From: Eledone cirrhosa
Lineage: Eukaryota
Reading direction: 5' to 3'
DNA: 64,000 nt
NCBI GenBank assembly: GCA_964016885.1
Contig: OZ024742.1
Coordinates: 224,130,001-224,194,000, forward strand
The notes beneath the pieces were generated by a model, which worked only from the letters and a program-made list of their open reading frames with translations, did no database searches and had not been told where the DNA came from. Below, in pieces: positions 40,001 to 53,109 of this stretch (position 1 is its first letter; each line of letters opens with the position of its first letter). The position numbers were made by a program, and so were the translations under genes.

Positions 40001-41390
40001 GACAGAGTTTAATGAGAAATGACAGCAATGTGTTCAGCTGTGGCAGAACCAAATCTAGTGGAACACCCCTGCACAGCATTGGACTTGACAGAGTTTAATG
40101 AGAAAGGACAGCAATGTGTTCAGCTGTGGCAGAACCAAATCTGGTAGAACACCCCTGCACAGCATTGTACTTGACAGAGTTTAATGAGAAAGGACAGCAA
40201 TGTGTTCTGCTGTGGCAGAACCAAATCTAGTGGAACACACCTGCACAGCATTGGACTTGACAGAGTTTAATGAGAAAGGACAGCAATGTGTTCAGCTGTG
40301 GCAGAACCAAATCTAGTGGAACACCCCTGCACAGCATTGGACTTGACAGAGTTTAATGAGAAAGGACAGCAATTTGTTCAGCTGTGGCAGAACCAAATCT
40401 AGTGGAACACCCCTGCACAGCATTGGACTTGACAGAGTTTAATGAGAAAGGACAGCAATGTGTTCAGCTGTGGCAGAACCAAATCTGGTAGAACACCCCT
40501 GCACAGCATTGTACTTGACAGAGTTTAATGAGAAAGGATAGCAATGTGTTCAGCTGTGGCAGAACCAAATCTAGTGGAACACCCCTGCACAGTATTGGAC
40601 TTGACAGAGTTTAATGAGAAAGGATAGCAATGTGTTCAGCTGTGGCAGAACCAAATCTAGTGGAACACCCCTGCACAGTATTGGACTTGACAGAGTTTAA
40701 TGAGAAAGGACAGCAATGTGTTCAGCTGTGGCAGAACCAAATCTGGTAGAACACCCCTGCACAGCATTGTACTTGACAGAGTTTAATGAGAAAGGACAGC
40801 AATGTGTTCTGCTGTGGCAGAACCAAATCTAGTGGAACACCCCTGCACAGCATTGGACTTGACAGAGTTTAATGAGAAAGGACAGCAATGTGTTCAGCTG
40901 TGGCAGAACCAAATCTAGTGGAACACCCCTGCACAGCATTGGACTTGACAGAGTTTAATGAGAAAGGACAGCAATTTGTTCAGCTGTGGCAGAACCAAAT
41001 CTAGTGGAACACCCCTGCACAGCATTGGACTTGACAGAGTTTAATGAGAAAGGACAGCAATGTGTTCTGCTGTGGCAGAACCAAATCTAGTGGAACACCC
41101 CTGCACAGCATTGGACTTGACAGAGTTTAATGAGAAAGGACAGCAATGTGTTCAGCTGTGGCAGAACCAAATCTAGTGGAACACCCCTGCACAGCATTGG
41201 ACTTGACAGAGTTTAATGAGAAAGGACAGCAATGTGTTCAGCTGTGGCAGAACCAAATCTAGTGGAACACCCCTGCACAGCATTGGACTTGACAGAGTTT
41301 AATGAGAAAGGACAGCAATGTGTTCTGCTGTGGCAGAACCAAATCTAGACAAGCTTTGTAGCTGACACTGTTGCGGACACGATAAGAAGA
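25072..41390 (+). mobile_element. 5'-truncated RTE-X-type LINE insertion inflated to 16.3 kb by an internal satellite
   Basis: The 5' part encodes WKCLNRLRSGIGRATVNLEKWGY..CDC..QT. The 3' end is ATCTAG + short UTR + CGGACACGATAAGAAGA. TSD AGTGCATTACA (25061-25071) / AGTGCGTTACA (41391-41401). Confidence 0.85.
25272..41344 (+). repeat. 86-bp satellite array, 187 units, with higher-order repeats
   Basis: Unit CTGGTGGAACACCCCTGCACAGCATTGGACTTGACAGAGTTTAATGAGAAAGGA(C/T)AGCAATGTGTTCAGCTGTGGCAGAACCAAAT. Length 16073 bp equals 187x86 minus nine 85-bp units counted by eye. Identical ORFs recur at 1978, 3009 and 1803 bp spacing. Confidence 0.97.
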
Positions 41391-41543
41391 AGTGCGTTAC
41401 AGGTACTTTATTCTATCGTCCCCGTAAGGATGAAAGGCAAAGGTAACCTAGGTGGGATATGAGCTCAGAACGTAAAGAGCCGAAACTATATGCCGAAAAG
41501 CACGTTGCCCAACGATTTACTGATACTGCCAATCCACAGCCTT
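41391..41543 (-). mobile_element. 5' half of the split SINE
   Basis: AGGTACTTTATTCTATCGTCCCCGTAAGGATGAAAGGCAAAG...GATACTGCCAA. Confidence 0.75.
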
Positions 41544-41576
41544 TAAATAGGAGAAAAATAATGAAAGAAAATGTAA

Positions 41577-41664
<88 letters not shown>

Positions 41665-42079
41665 ATACACACATATACACACATACACACATATGGAAAA
41701 CGGGTGGGTGAAAGAAAGAATTGATATATCAAATAAATGAATGAATGAGTATGAAAAACAAAAAAGAACAAACAGACAAAAAAAAACAGAACGAGAAAAG
41801 ATAAAAGACAAAACAGGCAAAAAATAATAACCAAAGAAAATCTGTTAAAAAAATAAAACAAAAAACCCGAAAAGAGTAAAAAAGATGAAAAAGAAGGGAG
41901 AGAATCCAAGCCAAATAATGTCTAACAAAGAGACAGGAATTGATATTGGGTTGAAAAGCATATGGCGGAAATGAGGAAATTTACTGAAATGTGCTCTCCC
42001 ATGAATACCTGTATAGATTAAAGATTTTGTATGGACAAATATATAGCTAGCCTTGTGGATTGCATTGATATGTGTATAG

Positions 42080-42640
<561 letters not shown>

Positions 42641-42872
42641 TGTACGAATGTGTGCTATGTATGTCGTCTGTTAAATGTGTGTTTATGAGTGTATATACAC
42701 ACAGGTAGTATGAAATCATAATATTAATACTTTAGTTTGAATACCTGTAAAGATTAAAGATTTTGTATGAACAAATATATATTGAACACTAGCTACTTAT
42801 TGATATATGTTCGTTCAATATTCAATAGAAATAATCTAATAAAAAAAAATATATATATATATATACTGTATA

Positions 42873-42940
<68 letters not shown>

Positions 42941-42989
42941 CTGTATATATATATACATATATATATGTACAGCTGGTTCTTTCCTTACC

Positions 42990-43094
42990 ACTTTCTCTCT
43001 TTCTTTCTTTCTTTCGTTCTTTCTTTCCTTCTTTCTTTCTTTCGTTCTTTCTTTCTTTCTTTCTTTGACTCTCTCTCTCTTTTTCTCTCTCTCC

Positions 43095-43166
<72 letters not shown>

Positions 43167-43283
43167 CTCTCTCTCTCTCTCTCTTTCTTTCACCCTTCTT
43201 TCTTTCTCTTTTTTTTCTTTCCTTCTTTCTTTCCTTCTTTCCTTCTTGTTTTCTTTCATTCTTTCTTTCATTCTATCATTCAT

Positions 43284-43323
<40 letters not shown>

Positions 43324-43499
43324 TCCACTCTTTCTTTCTTTCTATTTCTTTCTTTCTACTCTTTCTTTTTTTTCTTTCTTTCTTTCTTTCTTTCATTCAT
43401 TCTTTCCTTTCTTTTCTTTCTTTCTTTCTTTCTACTCTTTCATTCTTTTTATTTATTTATTTCTACTCTTTCTTTTTTTTCTTTCTTTCTTTCTTTCTC

Positions 43500-43535
<36 letters not shown>

Positions 43536-43565
43536 TCCACTATTTCTTTTTTTCTATCTTTCTAC
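42990..43565. repeat. (TTTC)n polypyrimidine tract
   Basis: Direct inspection. Confidence 0.95.
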
Positions 43566-44037
43566 TCATTCCTTTATATAAACCCCCTCTCCCACTCACC
43601 CCCACTGGTTTCTTTATAAGCTCCCCTAGCTCTTCTATTCTTCATTCTTACAACTCCTCACGTATATTTCTATATTTTGCTGTGTTCTGTGTATTGTGTG
43701 TGTATGCATATGTATATATTTATGCATATATACATATGTGCATGTTTTGTACTTATATATATATATATGTGTATGAGTATGTGTGTAATTTTAGTTCAGA
43801 GGAGGGACAGCACCCATCATATTCACGACTTCTCTGATACTTTCTGTATCCTCGTTGTAACAATTATTAAAAAACTAATTAATATCTTTTCATGTAGTCT
43901 ATTAAATATGACACTTTCAATGGCATACCTCATTTGACGGAAATATAGAATATCGTGTATGCATATGTACAAGTACTCGTATATGTGCATGTATATGAAA
44001 ATGTATATGTATATGTATATATGTATATGTATATGTA

Positions 44038-44084
<47 letters not shown>

Positions 44085-44086
<2 letters not shown>

Positions 44087-44288
44087 GAACAAGTAAGACC
44101 CCAATGGCTGAGCTCAAGCCGTTTCGACGGCTAATTCTGGACTGAAATTCAGTCCAGAATTAGCCGTCGAAACGGCTTGAGCTCAGCCGTCGGGGTCTTA
44201 CTTGTTCCTATTACCCACTCTACTACCCTAAGTATTGAGTACTTTGGTGCGTTATGGTCCGCCTGGTTCCTTACCACTTTTCCTTCGT

Positions 44289-44290
<2 letters not shown>
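44085..44290 (+). mobile_element. Family P1 fold-back element in (TA)n
   Basis: Near-perfect palindrome 44085-44209 centred at ~44147, with GAAACGGCTTGAGCTCAGCCGTC in the right arm. Confidence 0.75.
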
Positions 44291-44339
<49 letters not shown>

Positions 44340-44353
44340 GCCACCAATTATCT

Positions 44354-44433
44354 CAGTGTATTACTGGTACTTTATTTTATCGACCCCGTAAGGATGAAAG
44401 ACAAAGTTAACCTCGGCGGGATTTGAACTCAGA
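44354..44433 (-). mobile_element. SINE S1 fragment
   Basis: CTGGTACTTTATTTTATCGACCCCGTAAGGATGAAAG...GGGATTTGAACTCAG. Confidence 0.75.
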
Positions 44434-44639
44434 AAGTATAATCAGAAACTTGTATGAGTTGTATTTTATTGTATCATTTTATATATTTTCATTTCTTACA
44501 CAGGTTTTGGCCCAGAAGTTCAATCAACTCCCTGGGTGATCCCCGTGATCCCTCGTCTAAAGAGACGCACCAACTACTGGCTGCTCTATTTTCGGTAATG
44601 TGTGGATGATGAAGCCATTCTAGCTTGACTAGGCATTAA

Positions 44640-46262
44640 AAATTATGTGTGCAAAGAGTGTGTGCTTTTGATCTAAATTTTTTTTATAAGAAACTTTTCT
44701 TTGCTAATGCATGTTTACTCTGATGTTGACTGGCAACATTGGTAGAACGAGTCGCTCTCCGCATTCCTCTATATGTTGACTAAGAGGGATCTTTCTTGTG
44801 TATGAATCTCTAATTTGCTGGCGGTGAACTGTCATTCTTTGTCGGAGTGTTAATCCTGTTTGGCTAATGTAGTGTTCATGCCAACCCTTATATGTAATAT
44901 ATATTAACTTTTCTGATTTTACAAGAAGTCGTTTTTAATTTTGAAAATGTGACCTTCTTTGAAGTGAAATTGGTGGCCTTCTAATAGTTAGTTGTACATC
45001 CCGCAGTTGGATCGGTTGCATATTTTCAGTTCAGGGTCTTTGATTCCGGTTTGCAGCTTTGCATTTGTGAATGCCTTATCTAGTGACTTAGGCTGCCGTT
45101 TACCTTTTTTAATGAGTAATTTTTGTAAGAGGTTTTTCATTATTTTGTCCTTTAGTAAGCTAGGTAGGTTTAGTTGTATGTGTCTGTATATATCTATGTG
45201 TTCTTTGGGTTAAAAGTTGAAATATATGGTATTACCATTTTTCTTTTCGTTTCTCGGCGTAATTGGATATTAATTTATCTTGCTTTTTGAATACTATTAT
45301 TTTTGGCAGTATCGGTAGCGGGTCGGACGCCATGCTTTGCAGCAAAGAATTATGGCCCTTTATGGTCTGAGTTCAAATCCCGCCGAGGTTAACTTTGCCT
45401 TTCATCCTTACGGGGTCGATAAAATAAAGTACCAGTAATGTACTGGGATAATTGCTGGCCTTGTGCCAAAAGTAGAAACAATTATTTTCTCTTGAGTATT
45501 TATTTTCATCTCTTATTGTCTGTGGGTCTGAGATAATTGTGCAGATTCAATTTGCTGAATTAAGTAGAATATTGGCATGGGTGTGTGTTGGATGAGAAGA
45601 TGTAAAAAGGTGATATTGTTGGGAGTCGGTGGGTTTAAAATATGTGTCAGTCTAGCTTTATGTTTTGTTTTGTTATTAGTATGTCTAAGAAAGGTAGATA
45701 TTCGTTGATGAAACCCATAGTGAATTGGATGTTAGGGTTCATATTGATAAGTGTTTGAAATTACTTTAGTTCGTCAAGATTTTCCCCCTACAGAATAAAA
45801 GTCATCCTCATCCAGGTATCTTTTCCAGTTTTCTTTTATATAACAACTGAATTCACTCCCATAAATTTGTGAAGTTTGTAGATTTGTAATTCATGGAATC
45901 TCATGACTAAGTCGCGTATGTTGTTGCAATTTTTGTCCCCATGGCTGTTTTTTACTTGTGTCGGTAGGCTTTGTCTTTGAACATGAAGTAGCTGTTATTT
46001 CCAATATATTGAAGACCGTCGATGATGAAATGTCTATCAATACGATTTGGTAGCTTATAAGGTTTTAAGTTCAGTCATATTTGATAGCCTCGGTTCCGTA
46101 GTTGGGTGGAATGTTTCTATGTAAGTTAACAACTTCCTATGTAACTGTGTAAGTGTTTTGGTTTACTTCATTTGGTAGATGGTTGAGTATATCTAGATCA
46201 TCTCATATGAAGAACCGGATGTGTTTGAAGTTACGTAGGTGACAAATCTCAGAAATCGGCCT
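44640..46262 (-). pseudogene. Decayed Penelope-like element ORF (RT + linker + GIY-YIG), Neptune-like
   Basis: Minus-strand motifs TAMGTK, ENWKRYLDE, LPFLDI, KPTDSQQY..SSHP, linker CNRSNC and IYIT..EHYISQTGLTLRQRMTVHRQQI. Many frameshifts; interrupted by a SINE. Confidence 0.8.
45304..45481 (+). mobile_element. SINE S1, full length, inserted into the Penelope ORF
   Basis: Same sequence family as 23444-23620; TSD ATTATTTT. Confidence 0.85.
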
Positions 46263-46265
46263 ATA

Positions 46266-46417
<152 letters not shown>

Positions 46418-46653
46418 TAGGGTGGCTGTCTAGTTGCTAGTTAAAGTAGGCTTAAAAATAGGAATAAGAATAAGAAGAAAGCAAGAAAGGGAGAGGGGGT
46501 GGTCCTCATCAGTTGTCTACTGGGGGTCTCGGATATTTCAACGCTCTAAAGACAATATATCTACCCCCAGAGCGTTCAATAACTGGGTATATATATATAT
46601 ATATAAGAAGTGCATGTCAACAGGTTAAAATTAACTTCGTTTATTTATATTCG

Positions 46654-46709
46654 CTGCAATATATATTTCGGTGATACCATAATTCAACAGTTATGACCTC
46701 ATCAGGCAG
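46654..46709 (-). ncRNA. Minimal type I hammerhead motif (family P3-like)
   Basis: CTGC-CTGATGA-GGT CATAA..TTATG..ACC-GAAAT-ATAT-ATT-GCAG. Confidence 0.6.
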
Positions 46710-46848
46710 TTAGATCTTAAACAGAAAAAAACAGGGAAACATAATGGCGGAATAAAGTTTACCTTGTTAATTCGTTGATATGCCAAGATACGAAATGTGG
46801 TGTTATTAATTCAAAGAACTGCTGGCATATCATTAATCTTCCAAATTT

Positions 46849-46955
<107 letters not shown>

Positions 46956-47224
46956 GAGAGAGAGAGAGAGAGAGATATCCGACCTTATCTAGCAACTACA
47001 CAGCCACCCTATTTTCCATATATTTTATCATGTTTCTCTGTCACTCGACTTCTCTCTCCTTCTATGTGTATGTATGAATGTATGTATGTATGTATGTATG
47101 TATGTATGTATGTATGTATGTATGTATGTATGTATGTATGTATGTATGAATGTATGTATGTATGTATGTATGAATGTATGTATGTATGTATGTATGTATG
47201 TATGAATGTATGTATGTATGTATG

Positions 47225-47256
<32 letters not shown>

Positions 47257-47351
47257 AGGTAAAACAGAAATAACAACACAATCGGTGCAGTGACATGATG
47301 CTGAATGAAAACAAAAGCAATATATACAAACACACAGACCGATCACAACTA

Positions 47352-47500
47352 AATATGGAAGGAATATATTAAGTTAACGCTTGAAATAGCAGGAAGAGGG
47401 TTTTAACGTTTCGGACGCTAGTCCTTTATCAGAAGAAAGAATGAGAAATCAGAAAGATTGAAGGGATGGGCGGGTGGAATAGGAAAAAATGGTTTTAGAG
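47352..47500 (-). mobile_element. Family P4 Penelope-type terminal repeat
   Basis: Reverse-complement match to ~11955-12097; the core here reads CTGATAA. Confidence 0.65.
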
Positions 47501-47564
47501 AAAAGTAACAGGTCTATTCATGTTGCCTTCTCTTGGAAAACTATATATAATATATATAATTAGT

Positions 47565-47750
47565 TGCAGGTACTTTAGTTTCGTTGCGTTATATACCCCA
47601 ACGCATTCAGCCTGTTATATAAAAAGACAGTCTGAATGCTCAACGAAACTTAAGTACCTGTATATGTCACAGTTGGAACTAATTATACTTAAGTCGTCCT
47701 ATGGACTGAGTGCTCTTACCCTTGGATATTTCTACCAAACTTATATTACG
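47565..47750. mobile_element. Fold-back element with two divergent hammerhead-like motifs (family P5)
   Basis: Minus 47567-47614 reads CAGG-CTGAATGC-GTTG..CAAC-GAAAC-TAAA-GTA-CCTG. Plus 47628-47661 is a copy lacking most of stem II. The tail matches 4540-4620 in reverse. Confidence 0.5.
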
Positions 47751-47870
47751 GTAGAGACACACACACACATACATACAAACACACACATATATTTATATAT
47801 ATATATGCATGTATGTATGTATATATACATATATATATATATGTACATGTGTATATAGATATTTACACAT

Positions 47871-48336
47871 TTTTGGATGGCCGTTGACTCGTATGAGTTC
47901 TTCCGCCCTTTGTCAGGTTTTGTTTTTTGTCCCGCAGGTTGTCCAAAATCACCCTCCTCACCAAGTAAACTTGTATGTATACATATGTATGTGTATGAGG
48001 ACATAGAAATAGTCGGGCTGGACACCCAATCGCGCGGTTAAACCATTGGGAGTGAAGAACCCTTAGCCTTTGTCAGGGCATTCTTCTAAGAGAAGGCAAC
48101 TCAGGAAACTGGGATAACTCCGATATAAAACCTGCGGCTCAGTAGTTACCGATGATGTTCATCTTTTCTTCTTTTCGGGTTATAGCTACTGTCGCTCAGA
48201 GAGTGGGATTGGCTCAGTGCACAGTCTTTCCTCACTTAAAAAAAATCTTCGCGCACAGGCATTGCACGATAGAATTATTTAATAATTATTAATAATGGTA
48301 TATCGTGCAATGGCCATACTCGATAACGAGGGGGCA

Positions 48337-48342
<6 letters not shown>
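47871..48342 (+). mobile_element. Diverged relative of family R1 with inverted 5' part
   Basis: 47871-47965 is an inverted R1-like 5' region. 48058-48342 is forward and ends GGCCATACTCGATAACGAGGGGGCAGCCATC. Confidence 0.65.
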
Positions 48343-48380
<38 letters not shown>

Positions 48381-48482
48381 TACATGCATATATATATATA
48401 TCACCCCCACTCGCAAGCGTGAACCTAATATTGCACTCTTTGTTATTGGTTTTGTTTTTTACTTATATATATATATATATAA

Positions 48483-48566
<84 letters not shown>

Positions 48567-48833
48567 TAAATACCTGTTTAATTGTTGTCGTAAATACCTG
48601 TGTTTAATATGAAGTCGTTCGTTTGTTCGAACAACCACATCAATACACACTCATACACACACTCTCACCCACACACACAGACACACACACACACATATGT
48701 ATATATATGTATTATACACTATATATATATAAAAAAATATATAATATTTATATATATAAATTTATATATAAATGTGTGTGTGTGTACACTATATATATAT
48801 AAGTATATATATACATATATGTGTGTATATACA

Positions 48834-48893
<60 letters not shown>

Positions 48894-49890
48894 CTTCTGT
48901 TTTATCATTATCCCTAAAAGCGGTTTAATCATGTAGTTAGAGGCAGAATGTTTCTTTTTTATCCATTCCCCTCTCACCACAATTCCCCCATTCCCCCAAC
49001 TTCCTCTATCTGCTGCTTTCTTTCATTATCTATTTTTATCATTTTATAAGCAATGGCTGCCTGAAACTATAGTGAAAGAAGGAAAGACGCTGGTGTTTTA
49101 TTGCAGCCAAGACCTTAGGTTTTAATTCGCTGCCGGCGACAACAGCTAAACAGCTAGTTCGATGATTGGGGTCGTTGAAGAACACACACATCCATACACA
49201 TATACACACACACATACACGCATACACATACACACAGACATACACACACATACACACACATACACAGACATCACACACATACACTCACACACATCACATA
49301 CGCGCACGCACACACACACTCACATATATGAGTATATACATTCATATATACATATATATATATAAATATATATATATATGTATATATACATACGTATGTA
49401 TGTATGTACGTGTGTGTTTATGTATGTATGTATATATATGTGTGTATGTATGTGTATGTATGTATGTATGTATGTATGTATGTGTATGTATGTATGTATG
49501 TATGTATGTATGTATGTATGTATGTATGTATGTATGTATGTATGTATGTATGTATGTATGTATGCATGCATGTATGTATGTGTAAGTATGTAATCTTCGC
49601 TTATCACATAGCCTCGTGTATAAGAAGGGGAGGTGGTCTGTAGAAGACAGAACAACATGTAGCCGTAATGGCGTCGCCTCGATAACTCGCCTCCCTCCGG
49701 CAACAAGTCGGGGAGGGGGCATACGAAAAAACTTCTGTGGCACCAAATTGTGGGGGAGGAAGGGGGTGAAGTGTGTTTGTGTGTGTGGAGGTATATATAT
49801 GTATATATATATATATATATATATACACATGTAAAAAGAAGACGGATACATATATATATATATATATATAAATGCATACACATACATTTA

Positions 49891-49952
<62 letters not shown>

Positions 49953-50069
49953 TAAATGTATGTGTATACATGTATATATATATATATATACGTATACACA
50001 CACATATATATACAGACATATTTATATATGTATATATGTATGTGCATGCATATATATATATATATATAC

Positions 50070-50115
<46 letters not shown>

Positions 50116-50357
50116 GTATACACACACACACACATATATACAAAGACACACACACATATAATATATATATACATATATATATACAAATATATACACACAC
50201 ACATTTACATTTTTTGGTATGTGTGTGATGTATGCACATATGTGTGTATGGATAAGTATAACAGTATAAAGAAACGTGTATGTGTGTGCATATGCATATA
50301 TATATATATATATACGTATATACATACATGCAAAGAGTAAACGGACATATATATATA

Positions 50358-50547
50358 TAACAAAGGAAGTGTGGTAAGGAATCAGATGGACCATAACGCA
50401 TCTGAGTACTCAATACTTAGGGTAGTAGAGTGGGTAATAAGAAAATGTGTAACCCCGCCGGCAGAGCTCAAGCCGTTTCGACGGCTATTTCCAGAAATAG
50501 CCGTCGAAACGGCTTGAGCTCTGTCGTCGGGGTTAAACATTTTCCTG
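50358..50547 (-). mobile_element. Family P1 fold-back element
   Basis: Palindrome ~50441-50543 centred on CTATTT-CCAG-AAATAG. Confidence 0.75.
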
Positions 50548-50658
50548 TATATATATATAGGGAAAAATGGAACGGGAACAAAACAGAGAGGCAGTACGAA
50601 CAAAGGTTTATTAGTTTCACGCTCTTGAGAGTGGGTGGGGGGTAGGGGGGGGGGGCTG

Positions 50659-50832
50659 ATAACGAAGGAATTGTGGTAAGGAATCAGATGGACCACAACA
50701 CACCAGAGTACTCAATACTTAGGGTAGTAGAGTGTGAGAGTGGGTAATAGGAAAAGGTATGACGGCTATTTCTGGACTGAAATAGCCGTCGAAACGGCTT
50801 GAGCTCTGCCGTCGGGGTCATACCTTTTCCTA
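50659..50832. mobile_element. Family P1 fold-back element with a deletion in one arm
   Basis: GACGGCTATTTC-TGGACT-GAAATAGCCGTC hairpin followed by GAAACGGCTTGAGCTCTGCCGTC. Confidence 0.7.
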
Positions 50833-50860
50833 TATATATATATATATATACATACACCTT

Positions 50861-51009
<149 letters not shown>

Positions 51010-51026
51010 ACATATATATGCACCTT

Positions 51027-51097
<71 letters not shown>

Positions 51098-51127
51098 ATA
51101 TATATATATGTATACATATATATGCAC

Positions 51128-51192
<65 letters not shown>

Positions 51193-51223
51193 TATGCACC
51201 TTTATATATATATATATATATAA

Positions 51224-51510
51224 AGGTGCATGGCTTAGAGCATTGGGCTTCCAATCGGGACGTCGTGAGTTCGACTCTCGGAGCGAGTCGTGCGTTGTGT
51301 CCTGGAGCAAAAGACTTTATTTCATGTTGCTCCAGTTTACTCAGCAGTAGAAGTCAGTTGGACAACATCTCGGTGATGTGGAGAAAGGATGCTGGTATGT
51401 ATGGCCGACTGTTCGTCTTCCACAAACAACCTAGCCCGGACTTGTGCCTCGGAGAGGAACTTTCTAGGTGCAAATCCCATGGTCATTTGTGACCAAAGGG
51501 GAAGGTCTTT
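51224..51510 (+). mobile_element. tRNA-derived CORE-like SINE (family S2)
   Basis: TGGCTTAG A-box-like, GAGTTCGACTC B-box, TTGTGTCCTGGAGCAAAAGACTTTA CORE-like segment. Confidence 0.65.
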
Positions 51511-51574
51511 GTGTGTATATATATAAATATATATATATGTATGTGTGTGTATGTATATATCTATATATGTGTGA

Positions 51575-51613
<39 letters not shown>

Positions 51614-51683
51614 CACACAAATATATATATATATACATACATAAAAATATATATGTATATATGTATATATGTACACACCCGCA

Positions 51684-51738
<55 letters not shown>

Positions 51739-51986
51739 TCACACACACATATACACATACACACACAAACAAAAACAAAGAAAAGAATCCCCAGTCACTG
51801 AAGAGGTCACAGAATGTGTGACGAAAGAACTTTGACAATATATAAACAACCATCTGGTTGTGGAACCAACCAACCAACCAACCGGAAATTTATAAATTCC
51901 TAAATTTATAAATTTATTATAATAAATTGAAGTGAAAGCAACTGGTGCGTGTGTTTCTTATTGGCAACATGACCCTCCCAAAGTAT

Positions 51987-52020
<34 letters not shown>

Positions 52021-52024
<4 letters not shown>

Positions 52025-52157
52025 CGAAGGAAATGTGGTAAGGAACCAGGTGGACCATAACGCACCAAAGTACCCAATACTTAGGGTAGTAGAGTGGGTA
52101 ATAGGAACGAGTAGGACCCCGACGGCTGAGCTCAAGCCGTTTCGACGGCTAATTCTG

Positions 52158-52161
<4 letters not shown>
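52021..52161 (-). mobile_element. Family P1 single-arm copy, truncated in the stem II loop
   Basis: Ends at CTAATTCTGGACT directly against (TA)n. Confidence 0.75.
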
Positions 52162-52220
<59 letters not shown>

Positions 52221-52229
52221 CGCGTGTGT

Positions 52230-52269
<40 letters not shown>

Positions 52270-52949
52270 ACACACGCGCACTCACACACATACACATATA
52301 TACATATATGTATATATAAATACATTTACACATATCGGTATGTATGTCTTTTGGATATATATAATAGTATAGAGAAATGCGAGTGTCTCTGCGTTGTGTG
52401 TGTTTATGCGGGAGCTTTTGCTTGTATGTGTTCTAAATACCAAGAAATTAAAATTAACTGGAACAGAACATTAAAAAGGGGGAAATTAAATATAAAAAAA
52501 AACAAAAAAAACATCATGGGAGTGATGGTAGTCGTTGTTATTGATGTCGTTGTTGTTGTTATAGTGGTGGGGGTTGTTGGGGATGTTGTGGTGGTTGGAG
52601 ATGTGGTGGTGGTAGTAATGATTATAGTGATTATGGTTTTGAAACGAGATGATGAAATGACGCTTCTAGCACTGCTGGTGGTGCTGGCTTGTTGATTGGG
52701 CTACATCATCGTCATCGTCGCTGGCGGTGTTGACCCAAGGCGTTGCCTTCTGCTGTAATCACTGGAAACTGTTTGAAGTCAGTTGTCCGCCCTTGCTGAA
52801 CACAAACATCTAGAGGGCTCTGTTCTGTTTGTCTTCTTGTTTGATGGTGGTGTTGGTGGTGGTGGTGGAGGTGAAGTCTGTAGTTACTGGTTGTCTTTGT
52901 TTTATATTGATACACACATACACATACACAGATACATATATGTATATAG

Positions 52950-53030
<81 letters not shown>

Positions 53031-53032
53031 TT

Positions 53033-53109
<77 letters not shown>

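Noticed and set aside
25272-41344. CRISPR-like regular array, or tandem 80-aa protein genes
   Set aside because: There are no unique spacers. The 86-bp unit shifts frame each copy and a TAA in GAGTTTAA terminates reading at least every third unit, so the 80-aa ORFs are by-products.
49670-49745. GC-rich hairpin preceded by CTCGATAA and followed by GAAAAAAC
   Set aside because: Too degenerate to call as a hammerhead, and only one copy is seen here.
52510-52890. Val-rich or His/Thr-rich ORFs
   Set aside because: Low-complexity GGT/GTT/GAT repeats with no recognisable domain or splice structure.
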